In this document: in pieces, positions 45,815-53,321 of the stretch
How the letters are laid out: the number at the start of each line of letters is the position of its first letter
How positions within the stretch are numbered: the first letter of the stretch is position 1
DNA from: Syntrophorhabdales bacterium
GTDB taxonomy: Bacteria; Desulfobacterota; Syntrophorhabdia; Syntrophorhabdales; WCHB1-27
Assembly: GCA_049521495.1 (NCBI GenBank)
Contig: JBEKOT010000002.1
Span: forward strand, 36,206 to 100,205
Reading direction: 5' to 3'
Length of the DNA stretch: 64,000 bases
Made by a program: the position numbers and the translations under genes
The notes under the pieces: generated by a model
The model's input: only the letters and a program-made list of their open reading frames with translations
Databases searched by the model: none
What the model was told of the DNA's origin: nothing

Positions 45815-45856
45815 GCTGAAGCGGATTGCGGCCGTGTCGGGCCGCTCCCGCTTAGT
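45815..45856 (+). terminator. bulged double hairpin element, copy B, followed by T-rich tract
   Basis: GCTGAAGCGG...CCGCTTAG outer stem; inner GCGGCC-GTGTCG-GGCCGC; then TTTCTTCGTT. Confidence 0.5.
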
Positions 45857-46134
45857 TTCTTCGTTACCTTCACATGGTAATGCGTGATTCAGGGCTTTCA
45901 GCCCGACGCCTGACTCGTAGGTGTTTTTGAGAAGGCAACTGTTGCAGATTCAGAGGAGAGTTGTAAGGACCGATTGGGCTACATTAGTCCGTCAATATTA
46001 AGACTTATGGTCTATGCTTGGGGGAAAGGGAGAACAGGAGCCGAAAAGTGGCCGTCTTAAACTTGCGTCTCATCCCCTCCCTCTCCTCACTACATTGTAC
46101 ACTCTTTATGCCTCGGGCAACGCGAGAATGGCAG

Positions 46135-46719
46135 CTATAAAAACCGGAGGGTCCCGCACTTACCGTTGAAGGTTCTGCCCGGCCTTGCCGAATCCTTGAG
46201 GCTGTGAGTCCCTTCGAGCACCTTTGCCGGGAGAATTCCGAAATCCTGTATCTCCGCCAGTGACAGGATGTGGGAGCGCAAATTGATCTTCTTTGCCCCG
46301 ATACCCAGCTTTCTTCGCAGGTTATAGCGATGTGTGTCCACAGCGCGAGGCGACAGATTAAGAAATCGCGCAATTTGCTTAGTTGTCTTGCCTTCCCTGA
46401 TCAGGTAAGCGACCTCTATTTCTCGCCGTGTTAGATTGAGCGTTCTCGATGATATGCGGATGGCAAAAGGCGACACGATATAAGCCAGTCCTCGCTGTAT
46501 GATGTCAACATACTCTGTTTGAGTTTGATCCAGTTTTGTCCTTCTCAGTTTTTCCAGGTATGGAACGATCATTTCTCTTACGTTCGTCAGGACCCCTTCC
46601 CGAAGCTGCGCCCGGTCTTCGTGGTACCTTTCAAGGAGAACGCTAAGTGCGGTATGCGCTTCCTCTAGGCGCCTGGATTTCTCGCTTAATGCCTTGTCCG
46701 CGGCTCTTTCCCCTTCCAT
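46135..46719 (-). CDS. LuxR/FixJ-type HTH transcriptional regulator without recognisable sensor domain
   Basis: 194 aa; coiled-coil-like N-terminus, LTRREIEVAYLIREGKTTKQIARFLNLSPRAVDTHRYNLRRKLG (GerE/LuxR_C HTH). Confidence 0.8.
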   Translation of the reverse strand: MEGERAADKALSEKSRRLEEAHTALSVLLERYHEDRAQLREGVLTNVREMIVPYLEKLRRTKLDQTQTEYVDIIQRGLAYIVSPFAIRISSRTLNLTRREIEVAYLIREGKTTKQIARFLNLSPRAVDTHRYNLRRKLGIGAKKINLRSHILSLAEIQDFGILPAKVLEGTHSLKDSARPGRTFNGKCGTLRFL

Positions 46720-46829
46720 CCCGTCTGTTTATAACCACATGAATCCGTCTGTCGACGTGAAGTGTAGAGGCTCCCCCCTCTCATCGAAAAAGGTTGCGGC
46801 GACGTTACTATACGGGATATCGAACCGAA

Positions 46830-46857
46830 AATCACCTACCCAAACGGGTAGGTGATT
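46830..46857. promoter_or_regulatory. lux-box-like perfect palindrome upstream of the LuxI-like gene
   Basis: AATCACCTACCC-AAAC-GGGTAGGTGATT (12-nt perfect arms). TAATAT/TATAAA -10-like hexamers lie 13-17 bp downstream, which puts the dyad centre near -40. Confidence 0.5.
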
Positions 46858-46942
46858 CTTCTAGGCCCCCTAATATAAAAGTGATGGAGATACTTCTCGG
46901 ATTACGAATCGGCCGCGAATTAAGCGGCAAAAGGAGAACACC

Positions 46943-47695
46943 ATGCGATCAGAATCGCAAATGGCGGACTCTTGGAATGCCGACACTCCGGCGGTTCGAG
47001 ATATATTCTTTCAAGAAGCCGGGTTTGTGATAAAAAGTGTATTCAGCACCGATGAGAGGACTCAGGCATATGAGTTGAGGCATAGAATTTATTGTGAGGA
47101 ACTCGGCTGGGTTCCTCGCTCAGAGTCCCTTATGGAAATCGACCAATACGACAGCCAGACTGCTTTCATCGGTGTGTTCGATCAAGCCGATTCACTTCTC
47201 GGCTTTATCAGAATGGCCCTGCCCGGAGCTCCTTTCATGATAGAAAGGGAATTCTCGTGCCTTATAAGCCCGTGGCATAAAATCCGGAAAGAACTGGATA
47301 CATCGGAGGCGACCAGGGCGTGTGTGGCCCAGGGAGCCCGCGGGGTATTGGTGCGCGGAAGTTTTGGCGCCCATCGGCTGTTCATGCTCGTGTGTAGAGG
47401 TATCTACCATTGGTGTTGTTTGAATAACGTCAGATACGTTTATATGGTCGTGGAAGACATAATGTACAGGATGTTACGAGCGAAAGGGTTTCACGGTCAT
47501 CTGGTCGGCGAGCCCGTAACGATGGCGGATGGATGCGTGGCAATGGCAGCCGTCATAGACTGGAAGGAATATATATCGACCAACAGCTTGAAGCGCCCTG
47601 AGTTCACGAAATGGTTCAGTCAATACCGATCAGACCATTATGAAGAGCCACGGCCACGGCCTGAACTCTACTCACCACCCCGAGTTTTCCCATGA
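46943..47695 (+). CDS. LuxI-family acyl-homoserine-lactone synthase-like / related N-acyl amino acid synthase
   Basis: 250 aa; YELRHRIYCEELGWVPRSESLMEIDQYDSQTAFIGVF...GFIRMALPGAPFMIEREF...TSEATRACV follows the LuxI pattern (R..vF...LgW, E.DqyD, RL.P, E.SRf.V). AGGAG SD. Confidence 0.7.
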   Translation: MRSESQMADSWNADTPAVRDIFFQEAGFVIKSVFSTDERTQAYELRHRIYCEELGWVPRSESLMEIDQYDSQTAFIGVFDQADSLLGFIRMALPGAPFMIEREFSCLISPWHKIRKELDTSEATRACVAQGARGVLVRGSFGAHRLFMLVCRGIYHWCCLNNVRYVYMVVEDIMYRMLRAKGFHGHLVGEPVTMADGCVAMAAVIDWKEYISTNSLKRPEFTKWFSQYRSDHYEEPRPRPELYSPPRVFP

Positions 47696-48374
47696 TGTTC
47701 TTCAGATGAAATTTCACCGTATTACTGCTAATCGAAAGTATCTTGGAAATCTCCCACGTACTCTTACCATCTTTGGCCCAGGTCAAGACTTCCTTCTCTC
47801 TCGACGATAGCTCCACGGTCAAGCGGCGTGACTCCCTGTTTGCTCTTTCCACGATTCGATTAAATGCCTGGTCCAGATGAGGGATGGCGTATTCCAGTAT
47901 TATGTTTATACGAGGATGGCGCCTGACACGAGGTCCGGCGAAAGAAAAAAGCGATCTTCTATCCCCTTTGACTGTCATTGCACCGTGAGAATAACCCTCT
48001 TTGAGTCCGAAATCCTCGGCAGCGTATCTGAAGGATTTAGCGTTGTATTTCTTATAGGTGTCCGTCCAGTATTGGATTCCTTGACTATTTCTTGCACTTT
48101 CGTGCATGATCGGATCAACCTTGTCAAATCCTTTCTCGACGTAAAGTCTGCACCATTCAGGAGGGAAACCCGCGTTGATGAAGTGTCTTGTGTCCATGGC
48201 GGCCTCGGTTCTGACGAGAGCGCAGACTGCATTCTCATACTCGAATAGGTTTCTTAAACGGGATATGTTCGCCACCAGTTGTTCTTCAGTATTGCAGGAT
48301 AGGCTGGAATGAATCACTTCAATTAGGACGCACAGGTCTTCTTTGGAAAAGAGATTTCCCGTGCTCATACCCAT
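47616..48374 (-). CDS. LuxR-family regulator with autoinducer-binding domain
   Basis: 252 aa; FINAGFPPEWCRLYVEKGFDKVDPIM (autoinducer-binding domain pattern); C-terminal LSSREKEVLTWAKDGKSTWEISKILSISSNTVKFHLKNIMGKLG. Confidence 0.8.
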   Translation of the reverse strand: MGMSTGNLFSKEDLCVLIEVIHSSLSCNTEEQLVANISRLRNLFEYENAVCALVRTEAAMDTRHFINAGFPPEWCRLYVEKGFDKVDPIMHESARNSQGIQYWTDTYKKYNAKSFRYAAEDFGLKEGYSHGAMTVKGDRRSLFSFAGPRVRRHPRINIILEYAIPHLDQAFNRIVERANRESRRLTVELSSREKEVLTWAKDGKSTWEISKILSISSNTVKFHLKNIMGKLGVVSRVQAVAVALHNGLIGID

Positions 48375-48628
48375 CGTTCATCCACCGAAAGATGCTAAAA
48401 CAAGGCCGACATAAAGTACAAACATGCGAGTCGGGCTCGCTTTGCTTCCCTATTCTGCAAGACAGTGGTGTTCTGGGTTGCTTTAATTCTCATATAAGCC
48501 ATCAACTATGTCAAGGGAAAATACTTGGATGCCCTCCGTATTGTTGCCTATCGGTGGCTTTACAACACGGGTTCTTTCCAAAACCTGCAGACACTTATTA
48601 TTAGGATGGTACTGGTACAAAGTGAGCT

Positions 48629-49276
48629 TTACATGCCAATAAAGACGACCTTTTGCAGGGTAGCCCGTTCGCTCACTTCTTTGCTAATTGTGCTCCCCCT
48701 CCCTAGGCCTTTGAACAAGATCATCTTCCCATCACTAATCAACTCAACCTCTTTGATGGCGCCCGGCCCGTCGCCGTCAGTATAGACAACGAGGTCGTCA
48801 TTTCGGATGGCGGAGACAGGCAAGGTGATGATGTAAAGGTACGAGTTGCGACGAAGATGAGGATAAAGAGCATCTGTCGAAACCTTGAAGCAGACTACAT
48901 GATCAGATTTATGTCCGGGCAGCGACGCCACATGCTCCACTTCATGCTCGGGTCCCTGCATCACCATTGTGCCTTTCTCAATGACCATGGCGACAACTGG
49001 TATACCCGCATCAGGTCTGCTCAGGAATTCGGCCCTGTCCACCTTGAATATCCGCGACCACTTCTGTTGCGCCCTGGTACCGAAGTTGACAGCAGCCGTC
49101 TCCACCTTGCCAACATAGCTTACGGTTGCCTCCCCCAATTCTGCGGCCTGGGCTTGAGTGAGTCCAAGGTTCTTTCGAATTCTAATAAAGTTCCGCGCAA
49201 TCAGTACGCCGTCCGGGGCAGAGGCTAACTCCGTGAATGTCATGTCTTTTATCCTTCTACGCTCTTTTCTTCTCAC
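48629..49276 (-). CDS. CI/LexA-like repressor (XRE HTH plus S24-peptidase-like domain)
   Basis: 215 aa; IRKNLGLTQAQAAELGEATVSYVGKVE (HTH); C-terminal beta-rich domain with VSTDALYP in place of GDSMxP and a later K (AIKEVEL). Confidence 0.6.
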   Translation of the reverse strand: MRRKERRRIKDMTFTELASAPDGVLIARNFIRIRKNLGLTQAQAAELGEATVSYVGKVETAAVNFGTRAQQKWSRIFKVDRAEFLSRPDAGIPVVAMVIEKGTMVMQGPEHEVEHVASLPGHKSDHVVCFKVSTDALYPHLRRNSYLYIITLPVSAIRNDDLVVYTDGDGPGAIKEVELISDGKMILFKGLGRGSTISKEVSERATLQKVVFIGM

Positions 49277-49541
49277 AGCACTATATTATCAAACTTCTGG
49301 TTTTCCTTCCCGCATTATCAGTCGCAACGGACAAAGTTATCAATCGGCCGCTATCCAATTGTCGGTGCGCTCGAAAGAATAACGGCATGATTCAGCAATT
49401 TTGTTGCATCTTGCGGATGGCATTCCTCGCCCGGTACAGGAGGCTGAACGCCTTTAGTTGTAGGTGAAGCAGAGATGCGCGAATCCTTGTCACGCGTTCA
49501 ACATTACGGGGTTAAAAACTACAACCATACCTCCTTAAGAG

Positions 49542-49567
49542 AATAACAAGGGGTTCCCCTTGTTATT
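49542..49567. repeat. perfect palindrome AATAACAAGGGG-TT-CCCCTTGTTATT (copy 2 of 2)
   Basis: 12-nt arms; the left side shares GAGAATAACAAGGGG with 6232-6246. Confidence 0.9.
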
Positions 49568-50146
49568 GTTCTGAGCGTTCGACTGTCAGCTGTCACCCAC
49601 CGTCCAGTAAGTACGGAAGGGAAGACCAGGAACTTTCAGAGGAAGACTCACTATAGCTGCGGTATAATGTGACTTATGGGATAGACCGACGGGCCGAAAA
49701 GCGCTTTCTCTGGGCGCCTGCCCGTGATTCATAGGGGGGACCATTTGGAGACGGGGAAATGGAAATACAGGACGGGACCACGAGAAAGTCACGGCGTGGC
49801 TTGCGAACCCTGATCATACGAGGGCGGAGTGGACAAAGATCATGAAGAAGGCGGGGGATTCAACAGGAGCATAATCGCCGGCAGATACGTGGGCGAGATC
49901 GCGCCTATAAAGATCAGCGCCTTGAGGCTCCAGGGCAAGGGAATGATGGCGCCCTCGAAGCAGGAAAGGGCGAGGCTGGCAAAGTGAAAGACTTGACAAG
50001 GGGACCGAAGCGTGAAAGAATAATGCTATGACTTAAAACAATGAAAAACAGCGCATAGAGGCACGAGGACCCATAGATGGCCCGGCCAGAGAGACCTAAA
50101 CTCTCCGTCGGGCCATTTTCTTTTGCCGTGAAAGGAAGGAGGACTC

Positions 50147-50434
50147 ATGAGAAGGAGCGATGAGCAAGGCAACCAATCCGCATGTTCTACGTTTTCCACG
50201 CTTGATGCATACCTGGCCGGTTTTCTCTCAATCAACGGATGCAAACCTACCCTTAAAACAGAACGCAGCGGTAAGATAGCCTTTCACTTCGAAGCGTCAG
50301 ACACGCTTTATCAACGCATTTCCGAGTATAACGCCGGCGCTACGTGCGTAGCTCTGCAACTGGCGTTAACGGTCAAGAATCTGAAGAGTCAAATCTTTTC
50401 GAGAAGGAGCGATGATGAGAAAAACGACGGGTAA
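50147..50434 (+). CDS. DUF5659-like small protein
   Basis: 95 aa; TLDAYLAGFLSINGCKP...GKIAFHFE...YNAG pattern as I recall for DUF5659. Confidence 0.45.
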   Translation: MRRSDEQGNQSACSTFSTLDAYLAGFLSINGCKPTLKTERSGKIAFHFEASDTLYQRISEYNAGATCVALQLALTVKNLKSQIFSRRSDDEKNDG

Positions 50435-50551
50435 ACACGCACCAAATAGCGCTTACTCTTTTTTTCTCAACGGCAGCCCCAAAGTTGATTTCCTTGTTCG
50501 GCTCGCTTTGGAGGACTTCAGAGCCGAGATGATCATGCGGCGGGGGCAGAA

Positions 50552-51154
50552 ATGAACCCCCTCCACCTTGAAGATCTCAAGAGGAGCGGGCTCTCAGATC
50601 AGACCATCATTGAAGCCGGAATTGAGACCGTAAGGCCGCAGGACATAGCGAAGTCGTTGGGCTTCGATCATCAGGGCATCCAGAGTGCGTACAGAATCCC
50701 CTATCCTGGTTGCGATGGCTTTTCGCGATACAAGGTTTTCTATCGGGACGATTACCAAGGTAAAAAACCGAAGTACCTTCAGCGTAAGGACACGGGCAAT
50801 CATCTCTACATTCCGGACTCGGTGAGGGCAGTATTAAAGGACGCGACCACCCCGTTGTACTTCACCGAGGGCGAAAAGAAGGCGCTCAAGGCGTGTCAGG
50901 AAGGCCTCTATTGCATCGGTCTTTCGGGCCTGTGGAACTGGAGCGACGGCAACAAAAAACTCATAGCGGATTTCAATCTTATCAATCTCAAAGGGAGAAT
51001 AGTTTACATAGTCCCTGATTCGGACTGGAGGGACCCTAACAAACATGGGTACGCGAAGAACCTCGTTCAGGCCGTTTACGGCCTTGCCGGGAAACTGAAG
51101 GAACGGCAGGTACGGGTGTTTGTTGTGGAACTGCCTGAGGGGTTGAAGCCATGA
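50552..51154 (+). CDS. Toprim-domain protein (DUF3854-like, primase-associated)
   Basis: 200 aa; LEDLKRSGLSDQTI N-terminus; Toprim Glu (LYFTEGEKKA) and DxD (IVPDSDW). Confidence 0.65.
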   Translation: MNPLHLEDLKRSGLSDQTIIEAGIETVRPQDIAKSLGFDHQGIQSAYRIPYPGCDGFSRYKVFYRDDYQGKKPKYLQRKDTGNHLYIPDSVRAVLKDATTPLYFTEGEKKALKACQEGLYCIGLSGLWNWSDGNKKLIADFNLINLKGRIVYIVPDSDWRDPNKHGYAKNLVQAVYGLAGKLKERQVRVFVVELPEGLKP

Positions 51155-52998
51155 AGACGGGGCTTGACGATTTCCTTATAGACCACACCATTGAAGAACT
51201 GCGGGCACTACCGACGACAGAGTTTACAACCCTGTCGGAACGCATTGCAGCCCTGCCGGACAACGCCGATTTCCCTACGCTTATTCAACCCCTTATCACC
51301 GAGATTTCGAGCTTAGAAAGTGAGTCCGAGAAGGCTCTTCACATCGCCCGGCTATCAGACAAGACCGGCATAGACAAACGCTCCCTCACAAGGGATGTGA
51401 AGAAACACGGCGAGAAGAGGACGATTTATTTAGTAAATGAGAATGCCTTAGTTGCACACCCGTCCTACGAGGTAAACAGCCATTTTGTTAGCCTCGGATT
51501 CAAGGAGACTGTGATCGTAAATGATGGTGCGCAAGATCGAAATATCTATGTCCTTGTACATAATGGCAATATCGCACTTATCGACAAGCCGGTCGCTCAG
51601 ATAGGACCATTGAAGATCATCTTCGATGAAAGGGACAGGGTCCTCATTACCCTCAACGACAAATGGAGCAAGAAAAGATTGAAGGAGTTTGTCGGCAATC
51701 CCGTTGGGCCTACGGGCTTATACCGGGAAGTCAGAGAGATACTCACAAAATATATCGAGTTTCAGAAAGAACCATTCTACGGGCTTGTTGCGGCGTGGAT
51801 CGTCGCCACCTACTTCCACCGGATATTCTATGCCTTTCCTTTCCTCAACTTTCCCGGAAAGAAACAGTCCGGGAAGACCAGGACCCTCGAACTTCTCTTT
51901 CTTCTTTCGTTCAATGCATTTAAAGTCAAGGGCGTTTCGATTCCTTCATTGGCCGATTCCATAGACGGACAGCGGTGCACTTTCATCATGGACCAGGCTG
52001 AGCTGCTCTCCGACAAGCGAAACGTGGAGCTTCTCGGAATTCTTGCCGATTCCTACACCATCGGGGGCGGCAAGCGAAGGATCGTCAATATTACCAACAA
52101 AAGCAGGAGGGTCCTTGAGTTTGAAACATATGCGCCGAAGGCGTTCGCCACTACCAAGGAACTGGACACGGACCTTAGAGACAGGACAATTGAGATCGTG
52201 ATGATCCGGGCCGAGAAAGAGTATCCGTATCCCGAAGCCTTCCATCCCGTCTGGGCGGAACTGCGAGACAAGCTGTACCGTCTTCTTCTTACCAAATGGG
52301 AGGAAGTACGGGAAATCTATCAGAATGCCGGCCCGGGGGTTACTCAGCGTGTACGGGAGCTATGGAAGCCTATAGATACCATTCTGACATTGGAACATGT
52401 GGACGACAATGAAAGGCGGGAAATCAGGGACGTCTTCCTAGACGCCATGGCCGAGACGCAGACCGGGCTAACCGAGCTCGAAGACAGGCTTGTTCAGGCC
52501 CTGCTTTCGCTGCTCCCGGATAACGGGCAAGCCATACTCACGGTGACCGACATAGTTGAGAAGATGGGCATACCGGAAACCGATTCCTTCAAGAAGACGG
52601 CACAGACCAAGTGGGCCGGGAAGACGATCAACAGATTGCAGTTGTTCACCAGGAAGGAGGGCAAGGGGGACAGTGGAAGGCATAGATACCGGTTTGAGAA
52701 GGCACGGATTGAAAATATCTCCAATCGTTATAGAACTGATGGTTTCAATGGTAGCAATGGTTTTTCACAGGAAAATAGCCAGTCTTCAGACGACCATCAA
52801 GAAAACGGTAATGGTGGCAATGGCAGAGGTGATGGCAGTGCCGACCATCAAGACCATCAACCAGATTCTAATGGTAGTCCGGAAAGTGTTGTCTCAGACC
52901 AGCAAAACCATTCGACCAATAAAACCGTCAATTTTATGGAAGATGAAGACTTTCCGCACGAAGAAGAAGACCAGGAGTTGAACCGATGGAACTACTAG
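51151..52998 (+). CDS. P-loop NTPase (DUF3631-like, replication/helicase-type) with low-complexity N/G/D/H/Q-rich C-terminus
   Basis: 615 aa; Walker A FPGKKQSGKT, Walker B-like CTFIMDQAE; tail NGSNGFSQENSQSSDDHQENGNGGNGRGDGSADHQDHQ. ATGA overlap with the upstream gene. Confidence 0.6.
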   Translation: MKTGLDDFLIDHTIEELRALPTTEFTTLSERIAALPDNADFPTLIQPLITEISSLESESEKALHIARLSDKTGIDKRSLTRDVKKHGEKRTIYLVNENALVAHPSYEVNSHFVSLGFKETVIVNDGAQDRNIYVLVHNGNIALIDKPVAQIGPLKIIFDERDRVLITLNDKWSKKRLKEFVGNPVGPTGLYREVREILTKYIEFQKEPFYGLVAAWIVATYFHRIFYAFPFLNFPGKKQSGKTRTLELLFLLSFNAFKVKGVSIPSLADSIDGQRCTFIMDQAELLSDKRNVELLGILADSYTIGGGKRRIVNITNKSRRVLEFETYAPKAFATTKELDTDLRDRTIEIVMIRAEKEYPYPEAFHPVWAELRDKLYRLLLTKWEEVREIYQNAGPGVTQRVRELWKPIDTILTLEHVDDNERREIRDVFLDAMAETQTGLTELEDRLVQALLSLLPDNGQAILTVTDIVEKMGIPETDSFKKTAQTKWAGKTINRLQLFTRKEGKGDSGRHRYRFEKARIENISNRYRTDGFNGSNGFSQENSQSSDDHQENGNGGNGRGDGSADHQDHQPDSNGSPESVVSDQQNHSTNKTVNFMEDEDFPHEEEDQELNRWNY

Positions 52999-53321
52999 TT
53001 GCACTGGAACCTATTGTGATACGGCCGGGGGACATTATCAAACCGGGGGAAATTGTCCAGGCAAGGCGCCCGGAACGGCTTTTATCCGAGGGCAAGGCCC
53101 GCAGGCTGAACAGGGCGGAGAGCCAGCGGATCCTCGACCGATACGTGGCAGAGGCCCGCGAGGTGTTTGAAGCGGAAGGCCCGCTCGTCTGCCATGCGTG
53201 CAAAGGCACGGACTTCTGGACATCAGTCCACGGGGTGGTGGTGTGCCGGAGATGTCACCCGCCGATGCGGGATGGTCTAATCAAAAAGTGGATAGGAGAG
53301 GCTACGGGGAGAACAAAATGA
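52986..53321 (+). CDS. small Zn-ribbon protein
   Basis: 111 aa; CHACKGTDFW...CRRCHPP. Confidence 0.5.
   Translation: MELLVALEPIVIRPGDIIKPGEIVQARRPERLLSEGKARRLNRAESQRILDRYVAEAREVFEAEGPLVCHACKGTDFWTSVHGVVVCRRCHPPMRDGLIKKWIGEATGRTK

Noticed and set aside
44100-45870. Integron cassette array (attC-like hairpins A and B delimiting single-gene cassettes)
   Set aside because: No IntI-type integrase or attI is nearby. The R''/R' boxes fit the RYYYAAC/GTTRRRY consensus poorly (TCCTAAC...GTTCGAA for A; none convincing for B). No comparable hairpin lies upstream of the HEPN gene. Kept only as a minor alternative in the hairpin finding.
49568-50146. Search for a direct repeat of the tRNA-Leu 3' end (attL) of the integrative element
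   Set aside because: Only trivial 6-7 nt matches were seen by eye here and at other candidate borders (e.g. GACTTGA near 49990, CTTGAAC near 4207). No boundary can be claimed without a computed alignment.
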